This document shows, in pieces, positions 46,230 to 56,596 of a stretch of 64,000 nt of DNA. The stretch comes from an uncultured bacterium (GTDB lineage: Bacteria > Desulfobacterota_D > UBA1144 > Nemesobacterales > UBA2774), in the NCBI GenBank assembly GCA_963705505.1, contig CAVPJU010000010.1, positions 64,001 through 128,000 of the forward strand, written 5' to 3'. Numbering within the stretch: the first letter of the stretch is position 1; every line of letters starts with the position of its first letter. A program made the translations under genes and the position numbers. The notes beneath the pieces were generated by a model. The model made no database searches and was not told where the DNA came from. It saw nothing but the letters and a program-made list of their open reading frames with translations.

Positions 46230-47541
46230 CTACTTCCCTCCGAACGGGTCCTTCATCTCCGGGTGCCAGAGCTTGAAGTGGTTCTTGTGTACGTCCGTAT
46301 ACGCCCCTTCGGTGTAGTACTTGTCGTAGAATTCGAGGTCTAAATGGTGCGCCTGGAAGACGAGCCTCGTGAACATCGGGATCCAGGAACGCGGGGAACC
46401 TCCCGTAATTCTCATAAACGTATGTGCAGAAATCCTTCACTATCTCTATCCTGACCTCGCTCGGGTGGTACTCGTCCGCGAGCACGCCCCCGGGGTTCTT
46501 GTAAGGGTAGGGGTTGTCCTCCTCCCAGAACCTCCCCCTCATGCGGAGGAATTTGTCCACCGCCTCGCCCATGTCCTTCACATACGGCGGGCATAGCGCC
46601 TCGAACACACCGTCCCTCCCCACCGGCACAGGAGGCTTAGCGCTCCTCACGGTCTTCTCAGGGTTAGTGAACCTGAACCCGAGCCCCTTGTAATCGGGGT
46701 GAACGCCCAGAGCATAGTGCGGAAGAAGTCCAGTAAATGCCCATCCGCCCAATCCCAACCCCTGTAATGCGAGGTTCATGTTCTGGCAAATGAACGCCTG
46801 CTCCACGTTGAGCGTGGTCAGTACCCTCAGCTCAAGATCGAACAGCGACAGCTCGACGTCCTTCCTTATGTATCCCTTCTCTATCCATTTATCGAGACCG
46901 CACGACCTCCCGCCGTTTAACTCGTCGATGATGTTAAACCCGTACTTCGCGCCGAAGTAAATAAAGAGCAGCACCATGTACTCGACCGTCGTGTTCGTTA
47001 CCGGGACGAAGAACGTAGTCCCCGGACGGTTGCAGTTCCACGCGTTGAAATCGAATAATCCCGGCTCGCCCTTCGGCAGATCAGCCCTCCCGTCTTCGAG
47101 CTTTATCAGACTCTTTCTGAAGAGCTCGAGCACCTTCCCGAGCTTCTCCTCGTCCGACATGCCCCGGAAGATCAGGCTCTTCCCTTCTTCGGGCATAACG
47201 TCGTGGAGCCTCACCATATACACGCCGCTGTCGTTCGTGTAGAAGAGCTCCGTAGAATGAGAATTGCAGGAGCAGGGCCAGCTCCTCCCGGTCCATTGGA
47301 ATAGCCAGGAGATTCCGGTACGCGGAAGGTCGCCTAAAGAGAGCCCCGTCATGCCCGTCCCCGCCCAAATCAGGAACGCTTCTTCTAATTCGGAGAGAGG
47401 CACAGGCTCGTGTCGGGACTTGTGACTGAGAGTCCCCTCCTTTATCTCCATCCCGAGGCCGAACCTCCGCGACCGCCTCGTGAATATGGCGTCCATGAAT
47501 CCGAAATTAAGCGCGGCTTCAAGTCCTTCGGGGATGCTCAT
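46230..47541 (-). CDS. Hypothetical protein, probably nitroreductase-like (FMN-binding); apparent frameshift near 46377
   Basis: N-terminal AIFTRRSRRF, PLSELEE, QNM.L..Q.LGLGGW; C-terminus continues in ORF 46230-46415 (FQAHHLDLEFYDKYY). Confidence 0.7.
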
Positions 47542-47601
47542 AACGGTCTCCTATTCAGGGTTTTTGAATAGAATTACACGATTATGGGGCGATTGGAAAT
47601 A
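47513..47601. repeat. 89-bp direct repeat, copy 1 (upstream region, RBS and first codons of gene 46230-47541)
   Basis: Aligns ungapped to 48390-48478 with 8 mismatches; first 40 nt identical. Confidence 0.93.
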
Positions 47602-47722
47602 GGGGCGTGTGAGAATAAGGAGTAGTATCGCGGCTCGAAGCCGTTCCTAGAAGGTTAAAGGCGAAGCCGCTTTTCTCGCCTTCTTTCAAGGCCTGGCGTA
47701 AAGCGTTCAATTTGACTTCCCT

Positions 47723-48262
47723 CTATTCGAGTAGCCCCAACCCCGCCCGTATAGCTTCGCGTGAGTTTATATCCCTATCCTCTGTCGGCACCGCCACCTT
47801 GTTGGAAGCAATCCGGAACACAGGAAATGCCGCCGCGATCTTTTCGAATTCCGCAAGAGCTGCATCCTTGTTCACCGGCACGTGGGGTCGCGCTCCCGGC
47901 GCCCGCTGCAGGTAAGCCCTCAAGATGGGTGCGCGCCGGTCGGCGGGAATCTCTTCGAGTTGTATGTCCTCGCGACCGCCGCTCCGGAGAACCGCTCTTC
48001 CACCGGCTGCCCGCACGTTCCGGACCCATTGCACGTTATCTCCGAGCATCGACACCAGGTAGCGCTGCCCATCGACGACGGCTATGACCACCGGCAACGA
48101 GAAGGTCTTCCCCGACTTTCGTCCGGTCACTTCCAATGTCTCCATGTAGTTGGAGGTGACGCCCGACGAGGCCACAGCAGCCGACGCTCGATTCAGAATC
48201 CTCGCAATCCAGTTGGGTCGCCTGCCACGGTACAACCATCGAGAGAAGTCGCTTAGAGTCAT
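47723..48262 (-). CDS. Deazaflavin-dependent nitroreductase family (DUF385/Ddn-like) protein
   Basis: TLEVTGRKSG, WVRNVRAAGG, FPVFRI; visibly higher GC than its flanks. Confidence 0.8.
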   Translation of the reverse strand: MTLSDFSRWLYRGRRPNWIARILNRASAAVASSGVTSNYMETLEVTGRKSGKTFSLPVVIAVVDGQRYLVSMLGDNVQWVRNVRAAGGRAVLRSGGREDIQLEEIPADRRAPILRAYLQRAPGARPHVPVNKDAALAEFEKIAAAFPVFRIASNKVAVPTEDRDINSREAIRAGLGLLE

Positions 48263-48389
48263 CCAGGCCTCAGTACCTCTATGTCTTTTTATCTGACTTC
48301 TGACTACTTATTATACGGAAAGCTTCCATATTATTTTATAATTTTACCTTAAGTATCAGTTTACCATACCATCTGTTATCGCACCGGGG

Positions 48390-48478
48390 GCGGCTTCAAG
48401 TCCTTCGGGGATGCTCATAACGGTCTCCTTTCCGGTGTTTTTGAATAGGATTACATGATTATGGGGTGATTGGGAATA
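48390..48478. repeat. 89-bp direct repeat, copy 2 (orphan gene start)
   Basis: Minus strand reads MSIPEGLEAA, then diverges and stops after 20 codons. Confidence 0.93.
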
Positions 48479-48580
48479 TTTGATTTGTGATCTTTGTATT
48501 ACGCTGGAACAGAAACTAGTGGTTAATATATAGCTCCATGCTCGGTAAGACGGTATAGTTTTCAGTTAGGAGGGGATGTA

Positions 48581-48808
48581 TTGAAAAAGAGGTATGATGA
48601 AGAACTAGCAAGGTCTGCGTTCACCAAATTCCTGAACACACGGCCAGAACAATATACAATCACATGGGAAACTGTTCCACAAGAGTTCGAGCCTCCAGAT
48701 TACTACATCAACATTAGAGGCATACGCTATGCTGTAGAGGTAACCGCTATTTTTGACCAAATTGAAATTAATGGAAAGGACTACTCCTTTCGTACTAAAA
48801 TCCAGTGA
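48581..48808 (+). pseudogene. Short AT-rich ORF, possibly a truncated PD-(D/E)xK-like gene
   Basis: AGGAGG RBS; EPPDY...YAVEVT resembles a PD-(D/E)xK core; only 75 aa. Confidence 0.4.
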
Positions 48809-48865
48809 GAAAAGTTGGATATTGTGTTAAGGTGGTGTCTGGTTTGGAATTGAGGATACTAATCA

Positions 48866-49336
48866 ATGAATGACCAAGAAAAAAGAGAACGCTACGAAGC
48901 TTTGGAGGCCCGTCGCGCTGAAGAGAGTGAACGGTTTTGGGATAGAAAAGCGCGCCTAAGCTACTACACCGTCTCCCTGCCAATCGCTATCTTCGGTGTT
49001 GCTATCGCTTCATATCCGTACACTAATGGTGCGGTTTATTCTGCTATGTTTGAGATCATGGCGTGGGTGCTATTACTCATATCTGGTGGGGCGGGTATTA
49101 TAGCGAAGTGGGGTGAAGCGGAGCAGTCGAGACAGTCATCCATCATAGCCTCAGCTGAAATACAACGTTATATGCAACATGGCGATAAGTTCACCCCTGA
49201 GTATTCAAAGGCTGTGTTAAATAAACAAGAACGGCTGTTTGAAGCAGAGGGCTGGGAATCACATGGCACTAAGTGGCACCTGATACTTTTAAGTAAACTC
49301 ATTACCTCCGAAACGTGCCATTTGTATTCTCCCTAA
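48866..49336 (+). CDS. Hypothetical membrane protein (2 TM), atypical composition
   Basis: GAGG RBS, two hydrophobic stretches; no family recognised. Confidence 0.55.
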   Translation: MNDQEKRERYEALEARRAEESERFWDRKARLSYYTVSLPIAIFGVAIASYPYTNGAVYSAMFEIMAWVLLLISGGAGIIAKWGEAEQSRQSSIIASAEIQRYMQHGDKFTPEYSKAVLNKQERLFEAEGWESHGTKWHLILLSKLITSETCHLYSP

Positions 49337-49501
49337 TTTTTATATAAAAATTAATCCGCACAATAATTATCGTGCATTTATTATTATTCGAATAATTTAA
49401 ACTATGAAGCATATCAAATCAATAGTCGACATAAGTTAAATTATCGGACATGCAAGATTGCTATGATCCAAGGTGGAATCTACCTTGAGGGGGCTGCCGC
49501 T

Positions 49502-50329
49502 TCACACCACCATGCGGGGGTAAAGGCGGGCTGCAAGTAAAACCAGAGCTGCGAAGATCACGGCCAGGATGCCGAAATCGAACGCAAGCCCGAATTCCGG
49601 CTTTACGCCCTGTATCATAAGCGATCTCAGGGCATCGACTTGATAAGTAAGCGGATTGAACGATGAAACGGTGCGCAGCCATCCGGGCATAAGCGAGATC
49701 GGATATATGGCGTTGCTCGCGAAGAAGACCGGCATTGTGATGAGCTGACCTATCCCCATGAACCGCTCGCGCGTCTTGACGAGGCAGGCGATAATCAGCG
49801 ACAGGGTAGAAAAAAGTCCGCACCCGAGCGAAATCAGAACGACGACGCCGAGAATATGAAGAGTGACGAAGCTGAGGTCTGCGCCCATTAGCCCGGCTAC
49901 GGCGTAAACTATAGCGCCCTGAAGGAGTCCCCGCACGCTTGCGGCAAGGGCCTTGCCGATTACGATGGCTGTACGCGGCGCGGGACTGACCAGCATCCGG
50001 TGAAGAATGCCCAGATCGCGGTCCCAGATGGCGGATATACCGAAGAAAATGGCGACGAACAGAACGCTTTGCGCGAGTATGCCTGCCGAGAGATAGTCGA
50101 CGTAGCTTATGTTGCCCGGAGACAGCCCCCGGACCCGCGCCATGACCTCTCCGAAAAGCAGCAGCCAGAGGAGCGGCTGCACGGCGCGCGACACAAGCTC
50201 TATCGGGTCGTGCCTGACCTTCTGAAGCTCCGCGCTCAGGACGCCCAGGACCTGCATGCAGTAATCGGCTGCCATCCCGGGGATTTTAGCTGCGGGATGC
50301 AATAGACCTGCGGTTTCGGCGTACTTCAC
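49502..50329 (-). CDS. ABC-2 permease (DrrB-like)
   Basis: QPLLWLLLFG, GILAQSVLF, WDRDLG, P.FFAS.A.YP, NPLTY.VDALR. Confidence 0.9.
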   Translation of the reverse strand: MKYAETAGLLHPAAKIPGMAADYCMQVLGVLSAELQKVRHDPIELVSRAVQPLLWLLLFGEVMARVRGLSPGNISYVDYLSAGILAQSVLFVAIFFGISAIWDRDLGILHRMLVSPAPRTAIVIGKALAASVRGLLQGAIVYAVAGLMGADLSFVTLHILGVVVLISLGCGLFSTLSLIIACLVKTRERFMGIGQLITMPVFFASNAIYPISLMPGWLRTVSSFNPLTYQVDALRSLMIQGVKPEFGLAFDFGILAVIFAALVLLAARLYPRMVV

Positions 50330-51102
50330 GATAACCTCCTTCCTGCTGTTCGTCTGTCGTTTCTATGAGCCCGGAAAAAACATCGTCGAGTGTGGCATCC
50401 GCCCCCAGCCCGGCCTTCAGCTCGGACGGGGTGCCTGTGGCGATTATCTTACCTTTGTGGAGGAGAGCCATGCGGTCGGCGAGCTCTTCGACCTCCTCCA
50501 TATAATGTGTCGTCAGGATGATCGTCATCTGATGCTCTTCTCTCAGCGCCTGCACGTGCTCCCACACAGCCTTGCGGGCGACCGGGTCGAGCCCGACCGT
50601 CGGCTCGTCCATAAAGATGACGGAAGGCTGATGCAGCATGCTCTGCGCGATTTCAAGCCGCCGTATCATGCCGCCCGAATAGCTCTGTACGAGATCGTCG
50701 GCTTCTTCAGTAAGCTCCATGAATTCCAGAGCTTCTTTGATGCGCCCTGACTGCTCCGCACGCGGAATGGCGTAAAGCCGCGCCGAAAGAAGGAGGTTCT
50801 CCCGTCCCGTGAGCGCGCCGTCGGATGACAGGAGCTGCGGAATGTAGCCGATGCTCCGGCGCACATCCGTCGCCTGCCTGACGATATCGTAGCCCGCAAC
50901 CCTGGCCGTACCCGAGGCGGGGGGCAGCAGTGTCGTCAGCATCTTGATGATTGTGCTCTTGCCGGCGCCGTTCGGGCCTATGAGGGCAAAAATCTCCCCC
51001 GCGTCAACAGTGAAGGACACGGAGTCAACGGCTGTGAATTCGCCGAAAGTTTTGCTCAGGTTTTCAACATATAACAGCAGACTCTTTAACGTAGCTCAAC
51101 AT
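50286..51102 (-). CDS. ABC ATP-binding protein (DrrA-like); apparent frameshift near 51071
   Basis: GPNGAGKS, YSGGM.RRL, DEPTVGLDP; the frame extends upstream through VENLSKTFGEFTAVD and joins ATG 51102 (MLSYVKESAV) if one base is removed. Confidence 0.88.
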
Positions 51103-51298
51103 TAATAAGATTACCCTATATACCAGTTATGAGAGAGAATTTTGTTAAATGGATGCAGGTGAATTGCTCAATCCGTAAAAGGAGCATCGTTCGCCCGTCA
51201 ACTCCGGGTTGAAGGAGAATGCCAAAATAACGCGTATCGATACATATAATGTGGTGAAGCTCGATGAATTGACTGATGTGGGCCCGGAAGGTGTTTGC

Positions 51299-51748
51299 TC
51301 AGCTAACCCGGCAGTCTTTGCAGACGCCGTTTAGGAGTATGGAGTAGCCTTTGATGTGGTAGTCGCCGAGGGTCTTGTCCGAGACGTCGAGCGTCGAAAG
51401 CGACTCGTCGTATATGTCCTCGACCTTCTTGCATTCGATGCACACGATGTGGTTATGGGGTGAGAGGTTCGCGTCGTAGCGAGCGGCGTTATAGAGCACG
51501 TTCACAACCGAAATCAGCCTCAGCTTCTCGAATGTTTCTAAAGTCCTGTAAACGGTAGTGAGCGAGATATTGGGGTAATAGTCCTTGATCTTCTTATAAA
51601 TAGTTTCAGTGCTCGGGTGCTGGTCGGTGGATGCAAGCTCCTTGTATATGGCTACCCTTTGCGGAGTAACCTTTATGCCGAGCTCCTTGCTCCGTTCAAT
51701 GAACTCATGAACCCTTTCCTTTATCATCTCTTCGGTGATAAAACTCAT
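51299..51748 (-). CDS. Fur family regulator, PerR-like
   Basis: TPQR, HPS, SLTTVYRTL, RYD, H.H..CIEC, C-terminal CKDC. Confidence 0.9.
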   Translation of the reverse strand: MSFITEEMIKERVHEFIERSKELGIKVTPQRVAIYKELASTDQHPSTETIYKKIKDYYPNISLTTVYRTLETFEKLRLISVVNVLYNAARYDANLSPHNHIVCIECKKVEDIYDESLSTLDVSDKTLGDYHIKGYSILLNGVCKDCRVS

Positions 51749-51885
51749 TCTACACTCCCTGCTGAGATAATATTACACAATAAAAATAAAATATCCAGAG
51801 ATATAAATCAATAACGTATGGTGATTAATGGATAAATTTTACGGATTTCATGCCGCTCGGCACGGCCACTTGCATCTAATCGCCT

Positions 51886-52539
51886 GTGTCTGTTAAGGTA
51901 ATCCCTGTGAAGAGTCTCGAAGCCATCAGGAAGAATAAGATATTCGCCGTCATACGTGCGGAGAACACGGAATCCGCGCTCGAGTTCGCCGAGGGGTGCA
52001 TACGCGGCGGACTAAGGCTCATCGAGATCACGTTTTCCTTCCCGGGTGCGGAGGAAGCGATATCGGCGCTCAGCGGAAGGCTGGGCGTGCTCGTCGGGGC
52101 GGGAACTGTGATCGACATGGGAATGGCCGAGAGGGCATTGAAAGCCGGAGCCGCGTTCCTCGTGTCTCCCCATACCGACAAAGACCTCATCGGTTTCGCG
52201 AAAGAAAACGGAGTTGCATCGATACAGGGCGCCTTCACGTCCTCCGAGATAGTGAACGCGTGGAAGCTTGGCGTGGACATGGTGAAGATATTCCCCGTGA
52301 GCTCGGTCGGGGGGCCGTCTTACGTAAGGGCGATAAAGGAGCCTCTCCCTTTCGTCGATATAATGACGACCGGAGGGGTCAGCCTCGATAACTTCATCGA
52401 GTTTATAAATTCCGGCGCCTCGGCAGTCGGAGTTTCGAGCGCGCTCCTCGGGAGCGGAAAGAAGATCGACCCCGACGTGATCGAGGAAAACGCGGAAAAA
52501 TTCGTCAGCAGGCTCCGCGAAATTGAAAAAGGTGAATGA
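51886..52539 (+). CDS. eda: KDPG/KHG aldolase
   Basis: AVIR, EIT, VGAGTV, VSPH, VKIFP, TGGV. Confidence 0.92.
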   Translation: MSVKVIPVKSLEAIRKNKIFAVIRAENTESALEFAEGCIRGGLRLIEITFSFPGAEEAISALSGRLGVLVGAGTVIDMGMAERALKAGAAFLVSPHTDKDLIGFAKENGVASIQGAFTSSEIVNAWKLGVDMVKIFPVSSVGGPSYVRAIKEPLPFVDIMTTGGVSLDNFIEFINSGASAVGVSSALLGSGKKIDPDVIEENAEKFVSRLREIEKGE

Positions 52540-52609
52540 ATTTTCTTTACTGGTAATATAATTAACTGAGACTCTGCAGGAAATATTTCATCGGCTCTTT
52601 AATCGAACA

Positions 52610-54112
52610 ATGAAAATCCTCTTCGTAGCCTCCGAAATGGAGCCATTCGTCAAAATCGGCGGTCTGGCGGATGTAATAGGCACTCTGCCCAAGCGGCTCG
52701 CCGGCCTCGGCTGTGAAGTCAGGGTCGTGATCCCCTATTACAGGAGGATTAGGGCGAAGCTGTCCAGGCTCGGAATAAAACCCAAAACCCTCCCGAAGGG
52801 GATCGATATCTGCATCGACTGGCTCCCGGTGAAGGGCAGGATAAAGGAGATAGAATTCAACGATATCAAGGTTTATTTCCTCTCGAACGATGAGTATTTC
52901 GGAAGGAGATATATCTACTCGACGCCTAAGGGGGATTACGAGGACAACGACCTCAGGTTCGGCTTCCTTTCCCTGGGGGCGCTCGAGATCGCCAAGGCGC
53001 TCGACTTCAAGCCGGATATTATCCACTGCCATGACTGGCAGACGGCGCTCCTCCCCATATGCCTCAGGTGGCGGAAACATCTGAAGGACGACCCTTTCTT
53101 CAAGGACACGAGGGTCGTGTTCACCATACACAATATCTCGTACCAGGGTCAGTACGATAGGAACGTACTCGACAAGTTCGGCCTCCCCGAATTCCTCTTC
53201 ACGTCCCAGGGGATCGAGCTCTACGGCAAGGCTAACCTGCTTAAGGGGGGGATAATCTATTCCGACCTCGTCACTACCGTGAGCCCTACATACGCGGCCG
53301 AGCTTAAGAAGAGGGAATTCGGCTACGGCCTCGACGCCGTGCTCAAATGGATTTCCCGGGACCGGGACAACCTGCTGGGGATATTGAACGGCATAGACTA
53401 CGAGGGATGGGACCCGGAGAAAGACGAGTCCATATTCGAGAACTACGGCGCGGGGAGCATCGATAACAAGTCCGGGAACAAGGTCAGGCTCAAAGAAGAG
53501 CTGGGACTCAAGCCCGACGCGGACAAGCCGCTCTTGGGAGTTGTATCCAAGCTCACGGAGCAGAAGGGGATAGACCTCTTTCTCGAATCCATTCAGCAGA
53601 TACTCGACCTGGGTTATCAGGTCGCTGTGGTCGGGGCCGGGGTCGAGAGGTACGAGCTCCTGCTCGGGAAAGCCATGCAGAGGTGGAAGGGGAACCTGTC
53701 CGTGACCGTAGCCGTGAACAACGACGAGCTCGAGAGGAGGGTATATGCGGGCTCCGACATGTTCCTGATGCCGTCCCGTTTCGAGCCGTGCGGTCTGGGA
53801 CAGATAATAGCGCTCAGGTACGGCGCCATTCCCGTCGTCAGAGGGACGGGAGGGCTCCTCGATACGGTGAGGGACTATACCGAGGACAGGGAGGCCGGGA
53901 ACGGCTTTATCTTCTACGAATTCTCCAAAGTCAGCATGCTCGATGCGCTGCTGCGCGCAATAGCCGTTTACGAGGATAAGGAGCAGTGGCGGGAGCTCAT
54001 ATCGAGGGGTATGAAGGAGGACTTTTCCTGGAAGAGCTCAGGCAAAAAGTACCTCAAGGTATACGGAGAGCTACTTGAAAGGAAGCGCCACCTAACCAAC
54101 CAGAAACACTAA
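52610..54112 (+). CDS. glgA: Glycogen synthase
   Basis: KIGGLADV, HCHDWQT, TIHN, GILNGID, MPSRFEPCGL. Confidence 0.95.
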   Translation: MKILFVASEMEPFVKIGGLADVIGTLPKRLAGLGCEVRVVIPYYRRIRAKLSRLGIKPKTLPKGIDICIDWLPVKGRIKEIEFNDIKVYFLSNDEYFGRRYIYSTPKGDYEDNDLRFGFLSLGALEIAKALDFKPDIIHCHDWQTALLPICLRWRKHLKDDPFFKDTRVVFTIHNISYQGQYDRNVLDKFGLPEFLFTSQGIELYGKANLLKGGIIYSDLVTTVSPTYAAELKKREFGYGLDAVLKWISRDRDNLLGILNGIDYEGWDPEKDESIFENYGAGSIDNKSGNKVRLKEELGLKPDADKPLLGVVSKLTEQKGIDLFLESIQQILDLGYQVAVVGAGVERYELLLGKAMQRWKGNLSVTVAVNNDELERRVYAGSDMFLMPSRFEPCGLGQIIALRYGAIPVVRGTGGLLDTVRDYTEDREAGNGFIFYEFSKVSMLDALLRAIAVYEDKEQWRELISRGMKEDFSWKSSGKKYLKVYGELLERKRHLTNQKH

Positions 54113-54297
54113 TGATCGCAGTAACCTAGGACTTGCAACCATCCTTTTCCGTTTGCATCTAAAACATTAGGAACCTAATTTGTACATACAAGAGTGTGTG
54201 AAATGAAACAGTGTGTGTGTAATAGCAAACATTTTTTTACACAGTGAAACAATCCGTATGTATGGATTGTTTGATATGGTAGGTTAGTTCATAAGGA

Positions 54298-56010
54298 GTG
54301 AGTACGAAAACAATGAGAAGCAGATTAGCAGTTTTGGTATTGGCATTTGCGTTATTTGCAGGCGGGGAAATAGCGGATATAGGTGATTTTGAAGAGAAAG
54401 CGCATGCGGACAGCGCATTCAGCTTTAACCTCTTTTTCGATTCATTAGCGCCCTACGGCAGCTGGGTGCCCGTAGAGGGTTACGGGTACGGTTGGTATCC
54501 GGCCCAGGTCGGTCCGAACTGGCAGCCGTACATGGACGGTCAGTGGGCGTGGTCCAATCAGGGCTGGACATGGATATCCTATGAGCCCTGGGGATGGGCT
54601 ACCTATCATTACGGCAGGTGGGTATTCGACAGCTATTACGGGTGGACATGGATTCCGGGCGCAACGTGGGCCCCGGCCTGGGTGTCCTGGTATCAGGCGC
54701 CGGGTTATGTCGGATGGTCTCCTCTTCCGCCGGACAATAATTTCTTCCTCGAGATAGGGATAAGTTTCTCCAATTACGGATACGGATACGACAACGGTTA
54801 CTACGGCGGCTATTATGGCGGTTACGACGGAGGATACAACGGGCATCACCACCACCACGATCACGGACATTATTACGACAACGATTATTACGCTCCGGGA
54901 GAGCACTGCGTTTTCGTGCCTCAGGATCAATTCACGGGGAACAACGCGAAGCTCGTTGCACTGCAGGGTCCGGACAGGCTGACCGTTATGAGGAACGTTA
55001 AAAACGTGACCAACATCAAGGTCGATAACAATAAGATTTATAACTTCGGTCCTGATAAAGCGGTGATCGAGCGCGCCGAGAGGGGGAAACTGACCTCCGT
55101 TAATCTCGTTGACAGCGACCTCAGCACGCTTAAGGGCGGCAAGAACCCGAACAGGATGAAAGGTAACGACTATTCCGTTTTCAGGCCGAATATCGAGAAG
55201 AAGGCGGACGATTCTCCTTTTATGAGGTCCGGCTTTGACAACACGGGCATCAAGAACGGATACACCTCTTCAGACTCCGACAAGTTTGGCGGGCAGGGTC
55301 TCGTTCAGGACAGGAGCACGAGGACGGGGAGAAGCAATCCTTACGGCAACAGCACTCCCGACGGGTTCGGCGTTATCAGGAAGGATAATACGAACAGCCT
55401 CAGGAGCAACATGGGTCCCGATACGGGCAAGCGGCGGGAAACAAACGGAGACACGTTCACCCCTGCGATTAACAACCCGAGAGCGAATGAAAATACCGGA
55501 GCCGCTGATACAAGCAGGCAATTCAGGTCGTATACCGGCCCTTCGGTCAACGACCAGCCTGACGAGCCTATACACATCAAGAGCAACCCGGCCGGGAACA
55601 TCAGGCAGAGGAACAATTATGAGGCTCCGACGGCCGTGGAAAGGCAGGCGGTGATCAGGAACCCTTATGATCACAACGCGCCGAATAACAGGACGTTGAG
55701 CCAGCCCTCGAATCAGGCGAACAGGCGGGCTATCAACAGAGCGCCCGTCCAACAGAGAAACAATTACAATCCGAACGTGTACAACATGCAGAGGCCTTCG
55801 AACAACCATCAACCCGCGCAGAATACGGAGAGGAATTACTCGAACACCAGGAGATCGAATAGTTCGAATAATAACCGGAACACGAATACAAGGCCTCAGG
55901 AGTTCACAAGCCCGCCTATGAATAATACGGGCATGCGGAACTTCAACCCGGGAAATACGAGGTCTTATAACAACAACTCGTTTGTTCAGGATTCGGGACG
56001 CGGCAGGTAA
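54298..56010 (+). CDS. Secreted DUF6600-like Trp/Gly-rich protein with long disordered Asn/Arg-rich tail
   Basis: Signal peptide; LAPYGSW, WQPY..GQW, EPWGWATYHYGRW, WAPAWVSW, YVGWSPLPP; start may be ATG 54313. Confidence 0.8.
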   Translation: MSTKTMRSRLAVLVLAFALFAGGEIADIGDFEEKAHADSAFSFNLFFDSLAPYGSWVPVEGYGYGWYPAQVGPNWQPYMDGQWAWSNQGWTWISYEPWGWATYHYGRWVFDSYYGWTWIPGATWAPAWVSWYQAPGYVGWSPLPPDNNFFLEIGISFSNYGYGYDNGYYGGYYGGYDGGYNGHHHHHDHGHYYDNDYYAPGEHCVFVPQDQFTGNNAKLVALQGPDRLTVMRNVKNVTNIKVDNNKIYNFGPDKAVIERAERGKLTSVNLVDSDLSTLKGGKNPNRMKGNDYSVFRPNIEKKADDSPFMRSGFDNTGIKNGYTSSDSDKFGGQGLVQDRSTRTGRSNPYGNSTPDGFGVIRKDNTNSLRSNMGPDTGKRRETNGDTFTPAINNPRANENTGAADTSRQFRSYTGPSVNDQPDEPIHIKSNPAGNIRQRNNYEAPTAVERQAVIRNPYDHNAPNNRTLSQPSNQANRRAINRAPVQQRNNYNPNVYNMQRPSNNHQPAQNTERNYSNTRRSNSSNNNRNTNTRPQEFTSPPMNNTGMRNFNPGNTRSYNNNSFVQDSGRGR

Positions 56011-56094
56011 TCACGTCCCGGCCGAAAGTGAATATGATCCGAATGACGGGGCGCTGATGAAAACCGGCGTCCCGTCTGATATCATATCCCTCCT

Positions 56095-56479
56095 GTGAGC
56101 ATAGTCCGCGATAACCTCTTTACGATCCATATCACAGGAATAGACGAATTCCTGGCGGCTCGCCTCGTCGAAGGGGAGAAACCCCTCTCTTTCACCGTGT
56201 CCGGAACGGATTCCGAAGGGAATATCACTCTTGCTGAGACTCGATACGCCGGCGGAAGACCATCCCTCCGGAGAAGGGGTCGATTTCGAGCTCTTTACGT
56301 GTGAGTGCCGTGGACTCGATGCGGCGGATATAAAGGATTATCTTGAAAGGCCCGTCTATACGAGCTCCGCTTACGAGTTCTTCGACTTCCTGCTCGGCTA
56401 TCTCTCTTCTTTCGACTGTTTTATCGAATTCACCGGAAACGCGTGGAGGATCAGGGTCTTAAACCCTTTAAGCTCTTAA
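56095..56479 (+). CDS. Hypothetical protein; apparent +1 frameshift near 56230
   Basis: ORFs 56095-56304 and 56231-56479 join into one plausible protein of about 127 aa. Confidence 0.5.
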
Positions 56480-56596
56480 TAAAAATGTGCAGTTCGTCCA
56501 TACTCTCAATTCCTTTCCCCTGTTAAAGGAGAATGAGTCCGGGCAGGCGAGGGCGAATTTTATTGCAGTAAGGTTTCCGTCAGGTCTCAAGGAAAA

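Noticed and set aside
47780..47810. Possible integron attC half-site (minus strand TCCAACAAGG...GCCGAC)
   Set aside because: No complementary GTTRRRY arm and no integrase; too weak to call.
51155..51200. Hairpin between the Fur-family gene and the ABC operon as a riboswitch
   Set aside because: No recognisable aptamer consensus; more likely a simple terminator-like stem.
51858..51874. Sigma54-like CGGCACGGCCACTTGCA before eda
   Set aside because: GG-to-GC spacing is 11 rather than the required 10.
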